DNA from: an uncultured Acidobacteriota bacterium
GTDB taxonomy: Bacteria; Acidobacteriota; Thermoanaerobaculia; UBA5066
Direction of reading: 5' to 3'
Assembly (NCBI GenBank): GCA_963779415.1
Contig: CAVZYA010000001.1
Span: 1,504,001 to 1,568,000 of the forward strand
DNA: 64,000 nt
A program made the translations under genes and the position numbers. Below are positions 52,701 through 62,441 of this stretch, one piece after another. Below the pieces are notes generated by a model. The model saw nothing but the letters and a program-made list of their open reading frames with translations. It had not been told where the DNA came from and did no database searches. The first letter of the stretch is position 1; every line of letters begins with the position of its first letter.

Positions 52701-54239
52701 TCCGGCACGCCGGGCCCCTTCAACAACGCAGGCACACTCGACCGTACTAGCGGATCCGGGACGGCCTATGTGGACGTGACCTTCCATAATACCGGCACAG
52801 TCTCCGTCCAGTCGGGGATCCTGTCGGTGAACGACTACACTCAGACGGCCGGGTCAACGGTCCTCGCGGGGGGCAACATCACTGCCGTCACGAACCCGCT
52901 GCGCCTGCAGGGCGGAACGCTGGCCGGCTCGGGCACCGTGACGGGCAATGTCACGTCCACGGCCGGTGCCGTCGTCTCGCCGGGCTTCTCGGCAGGCCTG
53001 ATCACGATCACCGGAAACTACATCCAGAGCTCGCCCTCGGCGCTCACGCTGGAGCTGGGCGGGACCTCCCCGTCCGATTACGACCGGGTCGTGGCCTCCG
53101 GGACGGCGACGTTCGGCGGCCCGCTGAATGTTTCGCTGATCAACGGGTTCTCCCCCGTCCAGCAAAACGCCTTTTCCGTCTTCACCTACGCCTCCCGCCT
53201 CGGCAGGTTCGACACCTACAATCTGCCGGCTCTCTCGGGAGGCCTCTCATGGGTCCCGCGTTACGGAGGGACGACCTTCCAGCTTCGCGTTCAGGCCATC
53301 GTTCCCACCCTCCCCCTCAACGTCGACCATCACCTTCCGGCCACGGGCTCCCCGAATCTGAACGGCGTTCTCGACCCCGGCGAGCGGGTTCTCGTCGAGC
53401 CCACCTGGTCCAACCCGAGCTTCTCCCCCGTCACTTTCACGGGCACCCTCTCCAACTTCACCGGACCGGCCGGCGCCACCTACACGATCAGCAAGCCCAA
53501 TGCCGACTACGGCACTCTCGTCTCCGCCCAGACGAACAACTGCTACGCCGCCACCGGCAACTGCTACGAGCTGTCCGTTTCGAACCCCACCACACGCCCG
53601 GCGACCCACTGGGACACCACGGTCGACGAAACGGCCTCGAACGGAGACCTCGCGTCGTGGACCATCCACATCGGGGGCTCCTTCACCGACGTGGCAGAGA
53701 CCTCGGGCCAGTACCGCTTCGTCGAAACCCTTCTCCACAATCTCATCACCTCGGGCTGCGGAAGCGGCCTCTTCTGTCCCGCTTCGAACGTGACCCGCGC
53801 CCAGATGGCCGTCTTCCTTCTGGTGTCCAAGTTCGGCGCGTCTTACCTGCCGCCCCCGGCCACCGGCACCGTGTTCAACGACGTCCCGGCCAATTCCTTC
53901 GCTGCCGCATTCATCGAGAATCTCTACGCGCTCGGCGTCACCGCCGGCTGCGGCGGTGGCAACTACTGCCCCAACAGCAACGCGATCCGAGCGCAGATGG
54001 CCGTCTTCCTCCTGCGCACGCTGGAAGGACCGGTGTACGTGCCGCCGGCCTGCGTCACCGCGACGTTCAACGACGTTCCCTGCTCATCGCCTTATGCCCC
54101 CTGGATCGAGGAGATCTACCGACGCGGCATCACCGCCGGATGTGGCGGCGGGAACTTCTGCCCCCTGTCCCCCGTCACCCGAGGGCAGATGGCCGTCTTC
54201 CTCACCACCACCTTCGGCCTCGTCCTGAACGGACCGTAG
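49797..54239 (+). CDS. Large secreted beta-helical surface protein with C-terminal SLH domains
   Basis: SD AAGGAG and a signal peptide. Gly/Thr/Ser-rich autotransporter-passenger-like repeats. Three SLH-type motifs (FxDV...GC..FCP..TRAQMAVFL). Confidence 0.88.
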   Translation: MSEERRVGFESFASRVTTVPGDRRSALALPIALLLAWTALAWPQKAAAFACQWTGATSTDWATASNWSSCNGTTPQSGDTVAIPSGGNQPVVGSGTSTGVSTVTVNTGASLTVASSGTLTLNSGLTGGGNLTVNSGGTLVWSAGTMDGAGTTTISAGGILTLSGFGKTLGRTLNLAAGQTATMSGASSYMYLSTGGTFNNNGTVDIQNDNEGFYSSGTPGPFNNAGLLKRTTGSGIAYIQCPFNNTGSVSVSSGTLSISGDGTHTGPFNATGATLTFAGGTQTLSAASTVTAANLNVSGGTITFNGALSVSAAVNFSFGTVVVNAGYSAGTSSSFGGTVTLNPAATLTSAGSTLNLSGIVTLNSGEAISVTSLNQSGGTLTGSDNITVSGTFAWTGGTHGGSGTTNANGPMDLSGFGKTLGRTLNLAAGQTATMSGASSYMYLSTGSTFNNNGTVDIQNDNEGFYSSGTPGPFNNAGLLKRTTGSGIAYIQCPFNNTGSVSVSSGTLSISGDGTHTGPFNATGATLTFAGGTQTLSAASTVTAANLNVSGGTITFNGALSVSAAVNFSFGTVVVNAGYSAGTSSSFGGTVTLNPAATLTSAGSTLNLSGIVTLNSGEAISVTSLNQSGGTLTGSDNITVSGTFAWTGGTHGGSGTTNANGPMDLSGFGKTLGRTLNLAAGQTATMSGASSYMYLSTGSTFNNNGTVDIQNDNEGFYSSGTPGPFNNAGLLKRTTGSGIAYIQCPFNNTGSVSVSSGTLSISGDGTHTGPFNATGATLTFAGGTQTLSAASTVTAANLNVSGGTITFNGALSVSAAVNFSFGTVVVNAGYSAGTSSSFGGTVTLNPAATLTSAGSTLNLSGIVTLNSGEAISVTSLNQSGGTLTGSDNITVSGTFAWTGGTHGGSGTTNANGPMDLSGFGKTLGRTLNLAAGQTATMSGASSYMYLSTGSTFNNNGTVDIQNDNEGFYSSGTPGPFNNAGTLDRTSGSGTAYVDVTFHNTGTVSVQSGILSVNDYTQTAGSTVLAGGNITAVTNPLRLQGGTLAGSGTVTGNVTSTAGAVVSPGFSAGLITITGNYIQSSPSALTLELGGTSPSDYDRVVASGTATFGGPLNVSLINGFSPVQQNAFSVFTYASRLGRFDTYNLPALSGGLSWVPRYGGTTFQLRVQAIVPTLPLNVDHHLPATGSPNLNGVLDPGERVLVEPTWSNPSFSPVTFTGTLSNFTGPAGATYTISKPNADYGTLVSAQTNNCYAATGNCYELSVSNPTTRPATHWDTTVDETASNGDLASWTIHIGGSFTDVAETSGQYRFVETLLHNLITSGCGSGLFCPASNVTRAQMAVFLLVSKFGASYLPPPATGTVFNDVPANSFAAAFIENLYALGVTAGCGGGNYCPNSNAIRAQMAVFLLRTLEGPVYVPPACVTATFNDVPCSSPYAPWIEEIYRRGITAGCGGGNFCPLSPVTRGQMAVFLTTTFGLVLNGP
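50280..52733 (+). repeat. Intragenic tandem repeat, 753-bp unit, about 3.26 copies
   Basis: Units begin at 50280, 51033, 51786 and 52539. The only difference noticed is GGC versus AGC (STGGTF/STGSTF) in unit 1. Confidence 0.95.
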
Positions 54240-54334
54240 AGGCTTTGCCGTTTCGGGAACGGCGGCTGGATCCCGCGTCAGCCCCGGCCCGGCGCGCCGC
54301 GGCCTCCTGACCGCGAAGCCTCTCCGCCCGGCGG

Positions 54335-55225
54335 TCAATCCCGCCTACGGAGCTGGACCATCGCGACGCCGACGAGGAGAACGGCCATACCGAGGACGAG
54401 GCGCGGCCCGACCGGCTCCCCGAGAAGCGCGGCTCCGAGGAGGACCGCGATCAAGGGGTTGAGATACGCGTACGTCCCGGCGCGTGCAGGAGGCCAGAGG
54501 CGTGTCAGGACGCCGAAGGCCGTGAAGGCAAGGCAGGAGCCGACGACGGCGAGATAGAGGACGGCCGCGAGGGCGTCGCGGCCGAGCGGAGCACGGAGGA
54601 ATCCGCCAGAGAGCCCCGCGGCCGTGAGCGCGATGGCGGCGGCCGTGACCATCTGGACCCCCGCATTCGTCAGCGGGCCGCCCCCCGTCACGTTCCGCTT
54701 GATGTAGAGGGTGGCCCAGGCCCAGAGAAGGGTCGAGGCGAGAATCCCCACGCTCGCCGCGAGCGACCCCGAGGCGGAGCGCTCCGGCGCCGTCAGGATC
54801 ACGACGCCGGCGAAGCCGAGGAGGACCCCGCCCCATCCGCGCGGCCCGAGCGGCTCGCTCCGGAGCGAGAGGAGGGCCAGGACGATCGGCACGGGCGCGC
54901 AGAGAACGGCCGCGAGCCCCGACGGGACGTGAAGCTCGGCCCAGGTCACGACGACGTTGCACACGCCGAGCATCAGAGCGCCCGAGACGGCGAGATGTCC
55001 CGCCACGGCGCGCGTGGGCCGCGCCTCGCCGAGGAGCCGCCCGAGGGCGAGACAGAGGATCGACGCCACGGTGAAGCGGACGGCGACGACCCCCCACGGC
55101 GTGAACGAGCGGAGGGCCACCGCGATGCCGAGGAAGGTGCTCCCCCAGACCACCGAGACGGTCAGATAGGCCGCCCACCCGAGAACGGTGTGACGGTTGT
55201 CGCCATCGGGAGCGGCACCCGGCAT
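54335..55225 (-). CDS. EamA/DMT-family transporter (YedA-like)
   Basis: VWGSTFLGI, VPSGLAA and TYAYLNPLIAVLLG. Confidence 0.88.
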   Translation of the reverse strand: MPGAAPDGDNRHTVLGWAAYLTVSVVWGSTFLGIAVALRSFTPWGVVAVRFTVASILCLALGRLLGEARPTRAVAGHLAVSGALMLGVCNVVVTWAELHVPSGLAAVLCAPVPIVLALLSLRSEPLGPRGWGGVLLGFAGVVILTAPERSASGSLAASVGILASTLLWAWATLYIKRNVTGGGPLTNAGVQMVTAAAIALTAAGLSGGFLRAPLGRDALAAVLYLAVVGSCLAFTAFGVLTRLWPPARAGTYAYLNPLIAVLLGAALLGEPVGPRLVLGMAVLLVGVAMVQLRRRD

Positions 55226-55327
55226 CTCGCCGCGATTCTCGCCGATGCCCGATTCCGGTGCCTTGCGATCTCCCTGCAACCCCTCCGGGGCCGGAATCGT
55301 CTAAGTTCCGCTTCGGGAGGACTCCTG

Positions 55328-56542
55328 ATGAAACCTCTCCGTGTCCGCCGAGCCTCTTCACTCCCTGCCGGCCTTCTCCCTCTTCTCCCCGCCCTCCTGC
55401 TGCTCGCCGGGGCCCCGCAGGCCCACGCGGAGAAGGCTCCGTCGCCGCACGCCTCCCTCTCCGCAGACTGCAAGGAGCCGATCCCGGACCTCTTCCAGCG
55501 CGTCTCGAAGGCGGTCGTCTCGATCACGGCGGCGTCGATCAACCCGTACGACTCCTTCGACCAGATGGTCCGGCAGATGGGCTCGGGATTCCTCATCGAT
55601 CCGTCCGGCCTCATCCTGACCAACTCGCACGTCGTCTTCGGCCAGCAGATAATCACGGTAACCCTCGACGACGGCGAGAACCTTCCCGCGCAGATCGTCG
55701 GAGCCGACCCGCTTCTCGACGTCGCCCTGATACGGATCGCGCCGGGCGACCCCGGGAAGCTCCCGGCCGTGAAGCTCGGGGACTCGGCCCACCTCCTCGT
55801 CGGCGAGGAGGTCTTCGCCATCGGGAACCCGTTCGGCCTCGACCAGACCCTCACGCGCGGCATCGTCTCGGCGGTCAACCGGATCCTCCCCGGCGGCTCG
55901 TGGTCCGTTCGGGAGCCGCTGATCCAGACCGACGCCGCGATCAATCCGGGAAACTCCGGCGGGCCGCTCGTCAATCGCTGCGGAGACGTCATCGGCATCA
56001 ATACGGCGATCCTCCCCGAAGCGCAGAGCATCGGCTTTTCGATCCCGATCCATCTCGCCACGGGCGTGATGCCCCAGCTCCTTCTCGACGGGCGGGTCAT
56101 CAGGCCGTGGATCGGCATCCAGGGTCAGCTCGTCTCGCCGGCGCTCAAGGAGCTTCTTCGGGCGCCGCTCGCCGACGGGTTCCTCGTCGAGGTCGTCGAG
56201 CCCCGGAGTCCCGCGGGAAAAGCGGGCGTCCACGGCGGCGATCTCGACCTGACGATCGGCGGGGACCCCGTTCTCATCGGAGGCGACGTCATCACGGAGA
56301 TGAACGGCGCGCCCCTCTCGGACGGGGAGACGATGTCTCGCGTGATCGCGACCCTGAAGGTGGGCGAGCCGGTCCGGCTGAAGCTCGTTCGAGACAAGGA
56401 GGAGCGCCAGGTGGAAATGACCGTCGTGGAGAGGCCGCTCCTGCCCGGAGATGTCTCGCCGAGGCGGACGGTGTCGCCGGTCGGAAGCAGCAGCCCCGCG
56501 GCGCGGCCTCGTTCCTTCGCGAGCCCCCGGAGAACTCTCTAG
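55328..56542 (+). CDS. HtrA/DegP-family serine protease with PDZ domain
   Basis: GSGF, LTNSHV, DVAL and QTDAAINPGNSGGPL, followed by a PDZ domain. Confidence 0.93.
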   Translation: MKPLRVRRASSLPAGLLPLLPALLLLAGAPQAHAEKAPSPHASLSADCKEPIPDLFQRVSKAVVSITAASINPYDSFDQMVRQMGSGFLIDPSGLILTNSHVVFGQQIITVTLDDGENLPAQIVGADPLLDVALIRIAPGDPGKLPAVKLGDSAHLLVGEEVFAIGNPFGLDQTLTRGIVSAVNRILPGGSWSVREPLIQTDAAINPGNSGGPLVNRCGDVIGINTAILPEAQSIGFSIPIHLATGVMPQLLLDGRVIRPWIGIQGQLVSPALKELLRAPLADGFLVEVVEPRSPAGKAGVHGGDLDLTIGGDPVLIGGDVITEMNGAPLSDGETMSRVIATLKVGEPVRLKLVRDKEERQVEMTVVERPLLPGDVSPRRTVSPVGSSSPAARPRSFASPRRTL

Positions 56543-56583
56543 CCCCGGATCGCCCGGCCCTGGATGGTATCGTCCGTCACTTC

Positions 56584-57741
56584 ATGATGGGCCTTCTGAC
56601 CCTCGCCAAGATACTGTCCGGAGCGGGTTTCCTCGCGTCGCTGGCGTACCTGACCTTCGCCCTCTCCCGCGTCCTCGCGTGGCGCCCGGCGCCCGTGAGC
56701 GTGCCGGCCGACCCGCCGGGGGTGACGATCGCCAAGCCGCTCTGCGGCCTCGAGGCCGAGCTCGAAGAGAACCTCCGCTCCTGGCTCGCTCAGGACTACC
56801 CGCGCCTCCAGGTCGTCTTCGGCGTGCGGGACGCCGACGACCCGGCCCTCCCCGTCATCCGGAAGGTGATGGCCGACTTCCCGGCCGCCGACACGGCGCT
56901 CGTCATTCACCACGGGGAGGAGCCCGGGACGAACCGGAAGGCCGCGACTCTCGTCCGGATCGGCCGCGTCGCGAAGCACCCGATCCTCGTCGTCTCGGAC
57001 GGCGACACGCGCGCGACGCCGGACACCGTCGCCGCGATCGCCTCGCGCTACGCCGATCCGGCGGTCGGGGCGGTCTCCTGCCTCACGGTCGGGCACCCCC
57101 GGCCGGGCCTCGCGTCGACGCTCGGAGCGATGTTCCTCAACGAGGAGTTCCTCCCTTCGGTCCTCGTCTCGCAGGCCCTTCAGCCGCTCGACTTCTGCCT
57201 CGGCCCGACGATGTCCGTCCGCCGGACCTCGCTCGAGGCGATCGGGGGCTTCGAGGCTCTGACGGACCACCTCGCCGACGACTACCTCCTCGGGAACCGG
57301 GTCGCGGCCCTCGGCCAGAAGGTGGAGATCGCCCCCCGTGTCGTGACGAACGTCCTCTTCGAACCGTCGCTCCGGGCCCTCTTCCTCCACGAGCTCCGCT
57401 GGGCCCGGACGATCCGTACGGTGCGGCCCCTCGGCTACGCCGGGACGGTCGTGACGTTCTCCGTCGTCTGGGCTCTCGGCGCCCTTCTCGCGTTCCGGTT
57501 CTCGCCCGCCGGATGGCTCGCACTTGCCGTCGCGCTCGCCCTCCGCGCGGGAATCCATCGGGCCGTCCGCCGGACGTTCGGGCTCGGGAGGAGACCCGCC
57601 GCCGGGTGGATGCCGTTGAGAGAAATTCTCAGCTTCTTTGTATACTGCGCGAGCCACGGGGGGCGGAGCGTCCTCTGGAAGAAAAACCAGTTCCGGCTCT
57701 CGGGAGACGGGCGCCTGCACCAGGAGGTCGACGAAACGTGA
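56584..57741 (+). CDS. hpnI: Hopanoid glycosyltransferase HpnI
   Basis: KPLCGLE, QDYP, NRK, SDGD, LADDYLLG and HELRWARTIR; adjacent to hpnJ. Confidence 0.85.
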   Translation: MMGLLTLAKILSGAGFLASLAYLTFALSRVLAWRPAPVSVPADPPGVTIAKPLCGLEAELEENLRSWLAQDYPRLQVVFGVRDADDPALPVIRKVMADFPAADTALVIHHGEEPGTNRKAATLVRIGRVAKHPILVVSDGDTRATPDTVAAIASRYADPAVGAVSCLTVGHPRPGLASTLGAMFLNEEFLPSVLVSQALQPLDFCLGPTMSVRRTSLEAIGGFEALTDHLADDYLLGNRVAALGQKVEIAPRVVTNVLFEPSLRALFLHELRWARTIRTVRPLGYAGTVVTFSVVWALGALLAFRFSPAGWLALAVALALRAGIHRAVRRTFGLGRRPAAGWMPLREILSFFVYCASHGGRSVLWKKNQFRLSGDGRLHQEVDET

Positions 57742-59158
57742 AGAAGACGCTCTTCCTCAATCCGCCGTCGTTCGGCAACTTCGACGGAGGGGCCGGCTCG
57801 CGGTACCAGATGCGCCGGGAGGTCCGCTCGTTCTGGTATCCGACCTGGCTCGCGCAGCCCGCGGCGATCGTTCCCGGGAGCCGCCTGATCGACGCTCCGG
57901 CCCGCGGCCTGTCGCTGGCCGACATCCTGCCGCTCGCGGGTGACTACGAGCTGGCCGTCCTGCTACACGAGCACTCCCTCCTTCCCTTCCGACGTCAAGA
58001 TCGCCGAGGCGCTCAAGGCGAAGAACCCGAACCTGATGATCGGCTTCGTCGGCGCCCATGTGGCCGTTCTCCCGGAGCCGTCGCTCGCGGCCTCGCCGGC
58101 GCATCGACTTCGTCGCCCGGAACGAGTTCGACTACACGCTCCTCGACGTCGCCGAGGGGAAGCCCTTCGCCGAGATCGACGGGATCAGCTACCGGTCGGA
58201 CGGGCAGATCGTCCACAACCGGGAGCGCGCCGTCCTCGAGGACCTCGACCGGCTTCCTTCCGTGCTCGACGTCTACAAACGCGATCTCGTGGTCGAGGAC
58301 TACTTCGGCGGCTACCTCCTCCACCCGTACCTCTCCTTCTACACCGGGAGAGGATGCCGCTCGAAGTGCACGTTCTGCCTCTGGCCCCAGACGATCTCCG
58401 GCCACCGGTACCGGACGCGAAGCCCGGAGAGCGTCGCGGCCGAGGTGGCCCGGGCGAAAGTGCTGTTCCCGCAGGTGAAAGAGATCTTCTTCGACGACGA
58501 CACCTTCACGGACAACCGCCCCCGGATCGAGGCGATCGCCCGGCTCATCGGACCGATGGGGATGACCTGGTCGTGCAACGCGAAACCGGACGTTCCCTTC
58601 GAGACGTTGAAGGTCCTGAAGGAGAACGGCCTCCGCCTCCTCCTCGTCGGCTACGAGAGCGGCAGCCAGAAGATCCTGAACAACATCCGAAAAGGGACGC
58701 GGGTCGACATCGCCCGCCGCTTCCAGGAGAACTGCCACAGGCTGGGGATCAAGGTCCATGGCTGCTTCATCGTCGGCCTCCCGGGAGAGACGAAGGAGAC
58801 GATCGAGGAGACGATGCGCTTCGCGATCGAGGTCAATCCGGAGACGATCCAGGTCTCCCTCTCGGCCGCCTATCCGGGGACGGAGCTCTTCCGGCAGGCG
58901 ACCGACAACCGCTGGCTCCTTCCCGGCCGCCTGCTGGGCGACGACGGCCTGCAGATCAGCTCCCTCAGCTATCCGGAGTTGTCGAGCCAGGAGATCTTCG
59001 ATTCGCTGCCGAGGTTCTACCGGCGCTTCTACTTCCGCCCGTCGAAGATCGGAGAGATCGTCGGCCAGATGCTCTCGAGCCCTCACTGGATGAAGAGGCG
59101 CCTCCGCGAAGGGTTCGAGTTCTTCCGCTTCCTCGCGACGCGGACGGAGCACGCATGA
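57738..59158 (+). CDS. hpnJ: Hopanoid-associated radical SAM protein HpnJ, two +1 frameshifts (near 57962 and 58102)
   Basis: KTLFLNPPSF..FDGGAGSRYQ..RSFWYPTWLAQP, TSTPSFPSD and GRGCRSKCTFCLWPQT. Removing 2 nt gives 473 codons. Confidence 0.9.
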
Positions 59159-59204
59159 GAAGGGAACCCGGAGCGGACAGGGCCTTGCCGCCGGCCCGCC
59201 TCGC

Positions 59205-60191
59205 GTGGAGCTGAAGCGACCCGCCTTCCGCCCCGCGCTTTCTCTCTTCCACCGGTTCGTTCTCGCGGCCGGTCTCGTGGCGCTCGGCGTCGCCGTCTGG
59301 AAGCTGGACGCGCGCGAGGTTCTGGAGATCGTCTCCCGCGTCGGCCCGGGGATTCTCCTCCTCGTTCCGATGGGGCTCGTTCCGCCGCTCCTCAACGCGG
59401 CGGCCTGGTGCCTCGCGTTCGCCCCGGAGGACGCCCGCACGTACCGGTTCTCGAGACTCCTGTCGCTCTACCTCGCCATGGAGGGGGTCAACTACCTCGT
59501 TCCGACCGGCACCGTCGCGGGTGAGGTCGCGCGAGCGACGCTCCTCGGAGGGACGCCCCCCTTCGAGGTGCGTGCGGCCTCCGTCGTGACGTCCCGCATC
59601 GCGCAGACGGTCGCCCAGGTGGCGATCATCCTCGCCGGCGTCGCCTTCCTCGTCGGTCCGCTTCCGCCGATGGAGCGACACCGCTGGATCCCCGCGGCCG
59701 CCGAGGCGCTGCTCGCCCTCCTCGCTCTGGCCGCCCTCGTCTATCTCGTGTCCGCTCCGCGCCTCCTTCGCGGTCCTTCCGGCCCCGGGGCCCTCCCGGA
59801 GCCGCAGGACGGCTGGCTCAAGCGGACCCCGGCCCGCCTTCGGCTCTACTTCGGCCGGTACCGTGCGCGCTTCAGCCTCGCGGTCCTCCTCATGGCCGCG
59901 GCCTACGCCTGGAACAGCCTCGAGGCATGGTGGATCTGCCGCCTGATCGGCCTTCCGGTCGGCCTTCGGACCGCGCTCACGATCGAGGTCCTCTCGATCG
60001 CCATCGACGGCATCTTCTTCCTCGTCCCGGCGAAGATCGGGACTCAGGAGCTGGGGAAGGTAGCCGTCTTCTCGCTCCTCGGCCTTCCGGCGCGCTTCGG
60101 GTTCGCCTTCGGCATCCTCCGGCATCTCCGCGAGTTCTTCTGGGCGATCGTCGGTTTCCTGATCTACGGAGCCCTCCGCCGGGAGGCGTGA
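59205..60191 (+). CDS. LPG-synthase TM / flippase-like membrane protein (HpnL-like)
   Basis: NYLVPTGTVAGE and FLVPAKIGTQE; follows hpnIJ. Confidence 0.75.
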   Translation: MELKRPAFRPALSLFHRFVLAAGLVALGVAVWKLDAREVLEIVSRVGPGILLLVPMGLVPPLLNAAAWCLAFAPEDARTYRFSRLLSLYLAMEGVNYLVPTGTVAGEVARATLLGGTPPFEVRAASVVTSRIAQTVAQVAIILAGVAFLVGPLPPMERHRWIPAAAEALLALLALAALVYLVSAPRLLRGPSGPGALPEPQDGWLKRTPARLRLYFGRYRARFSLAVLLMAAAYAWNSLEAWWICRLIGLPVGLRTALTIEVLSIAIDGIFFLVPAKIGTQELGKVAVFSLLGLPARFGFAFGILRHLREFFWAIVGFLIYGALRREA

Positions 60192-60246
60192 TCGGCTATA
60201 GTCCGCGCGCCTCCGGGTCGGAAGCCCGCTGTTTCGGGAGGGAGAC

Positions 60247-62409
60247 ATCACCGAAAATCCTCGCCGTGTCGCGGCTTCGGGAGGCTCCCTCGTCCTTCTC
60301 CTCCTGAACGTCCTCGCCGCCCTTCCGGCCTCGGCGGCGCCCGGATTCCATCTCTTTCCGGAGACCGCCGACCCAAAACCGGCCGGCTTCCGGCTCCAGC
60401 TCGACGGTCTTCCGCCCCCGGGGCCTCTGGCGGTTCGGAATGGCGCGCCCTCGCGCCCGGCTCCGGAGCGCGCGCCTTCGGCCCAGGCGTCCCTTCCTCC
60501 GCACCGGACGGAGAAGAACTTCGGCCTTGCGGCGGCCGAGCTCGTGGGGATCGGTGAGCTGGCCCCCTGGACCGTCAACCGCCTGACCAACTCACCGTGG
60601 GCCTACATCTCGACCGCGACGGCCCGATACAATCTTCAGACCGGGTTCACCTGGGACAACGACCCTTTCGCGACGAATCAGGCGTCCCATCCCTATCACG
60701 GGGGCGCGTACTTCAACGCCGCCCGGACGAACGGCTTCTCCTTCTGGGAGTCGGCTCCCTTCGTCCTCGCGGGAAGCTTCCTCTGGGAGATGTTCATGGA
60801 GAATCAGCCCCCGTCCATGAACGACCTCCTCAACACGACGATGGGCGGCATCGTCTTCGGCGAGGTGCAATTCCGGGCCGCGAACATGATCTTCGACAAC
60901 ACCGCGACCGGCCTTCAGCGGATTCTCCGCGAGGCCGGAGGTTTCGTCGTCAACCCGGTTGGCGGCTTCAACCGGCTCGTCCACGGCGAGATGTGGGCGA
61001 CCTTCCAGAATCCGCCGGACCGTCTCCCGAGCAGCCTCTACATCGAGCTGGACGGCCTGTATCGCCACGGCAGTGGGCCGGTACCGAGCCGCGCCGGCGA
61101 AGATCAGGGAGGACTTTCCGTTCTCATGCGCTACGGCGACCCATTCGAGGGCGTCCACCGGGATCCGTTCGAGTACTTCGACGTCAGCCTGAGCCTGCTG
61201 ACGCCGCACTCGGCCTTCATCACCGAAATCGTGGCGCGCGGACTCCTCATGGACGGGACGCTCTCCGCGAGTCCGTCGGCCGAGCAGCGCTTCGGCCTCT
61301 TCCTGGAGATGGATTACTTCAACCACGAGCAGGCCGTCTACGGCGCGCAGGTCGTCGGCGCCAGCCACCTGATGCGGGTTCCGCTCGGGGCCGAGACCGA
61401 GCTCCGGACCGAGGTCGGACTCATGGGAATTCCGATCATCGGTGTCGGGGTCGACTACCCCGAAGAGAACATCGCGAGCACGTCCGGCGTGACGTACGAC
61501 TACGGGGCGGGCTTCGGAGCGCAGGTGAGCGCGAGGCTGCGGCGGCGCGAGGTCGATCTCCTCGTCCTCGCCTGGTCCCTCGTCGGCCAGCGCGCGTCCA
61601 ACGGCATCTCGAAAAGCAGCCAGATTCAGGCGCTTTCGGCCGAAGCGCGCCTGCCGTTGACGAGGAACCTCGTCGTGGGCGGGGGCTGGTCGTGGGGCGA
61701 GCGCACGACGACCTACGACCGGCTTCCGACCGTGGACTCGTCGGGAACGGCCTGGCGGGTTTTCGCGGGCTGGGCGATCCCCACGAGGCCGGGTACGCCG
61801 GACCTGACGGCAGAATCGTCCTCCTCCTCCGCGACGCCCGATTCCCCGGGACCGTGGTCGGCCACCGCCTTCGGCGGACAATTCGTCGGCACCCGGGTCC
61901 GGACGGGGCCCGAGCTGAACGTTCTGATGCTGAACGCCCCGACGTACGGCCTCCGCCTCGGATACGGCGTCACGCGCGTCCTGACTCTCGAGGCCGGATG
62001 GTCGCGGGTGGCGACGACGCTTCGGCCGGAAATCCCCGAGACCGGCGATCCGTCCGGCCCGACGACGCCGGTGACCGTGAACACGTACGAGCTCGACGCC
62101 CTGTTCGGCTTCGGCGGCGCGACCGTGCGCGGGTACTTCGGCGTCGGAGCCGGCGCCCAGGACATCCACGCCCCGGCTCCGTACCTCCGCGCCGAGGGGG
62201 CGACGGCGCGCTTCGCAGCCAACATCGCCCTCGGCGGGCTCTACTTCCTGACTCCCGCGATCGCAATCCGCGCGGACGGGCGCTACCGGTTCCGCGCGAG
62301 CGACGAACGCCTCGCCGCCATCGGCTGTGACTACACCGGCTGCACGCGGTATGCGACGAACGTCTTCTCGAGCGCCGAGATCACCGGCGGCCTGATGATG
62401 AGGTTCTGA
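60247..62409 (+). CDS. DUF3943-domain outer-membrane protein with a C-terminal beta-barrel domain
   Basis: WDNDPFATNQASHPYHG..YFNAAR.NG..FWES..GS.LWE..E..PS.NDL..T.GG, ending in an aromatic residue (RF). The signal peptide lies upstream of the track start (60544). Confidence 0.78.
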   Translation: MTENPRRVAASGGSLVLLLLNVLAALPASAAPGFHLFPETADPKPAGFRLQLDGLPPPGPLAVRNGAPSRPAPERAPSAQASLPPHRTEKNFGLAAAELVGIGELAPWTVNRLTNSPWAYISTATARYNLQTGFTWDNDPFATNQASHPYHGGAYFNAARTNGFSFWESAPFVLAGSFLWEMFMENQPPSMNDLLNTTMGGIVFGEVQFRAANMIFDNTATGLQRILREAGGFVVNPVGGFNRLVHGEMWATFQNPPDRLPSSLYIELDGLYRHGSGPVPSRAGEDQGGLSVLMRYGDPFEGVHRDPFEYFDVSLSLLTPHSAFITEIVARGLLMDGTLSASPSAEQRFGLFLEMDYFNHEQAVYGAQVVGASHLMRVPLGAETELRTEVGLMGIPIIGVGVDYPEENIASTSGVTYDYGAGFGAQVSARLRRREVDLLVLAWSLVGQRASNGISKSSQIQALSAEARLPLTRNLVVGGGWSWGERTTTYDRLPTVDSSGTAWRVFAGWAIPTRPGTPDLTAESSSSSATPDSPGPWSATAFGGQFVGTRVRTGPELNVLMLNAPTYGLRLGYGVTRVLTLEAGWSRVATTLRPEIPETGDPSGPTTPVTVNTYELDALFGFGGATVRGYFGVGAGAQDIHAPAPYLRAEGATARFAANIALGGLYFLTPAIAIRADGRYRFRASDERLAAIGCDYTGCTRYATNVFSSAEITGGLMMRF

Positions 62410-62441
62410 CCCCCCCGGCCGTTCCGAGTAGAGTTTCGGCC

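Noticed and set aside
57950-58110. Programmed frameshifting in hpnJ
   Set aside because: No slippery sequence or tandem repeat; the same indel pattern occurs in unrelated genes.
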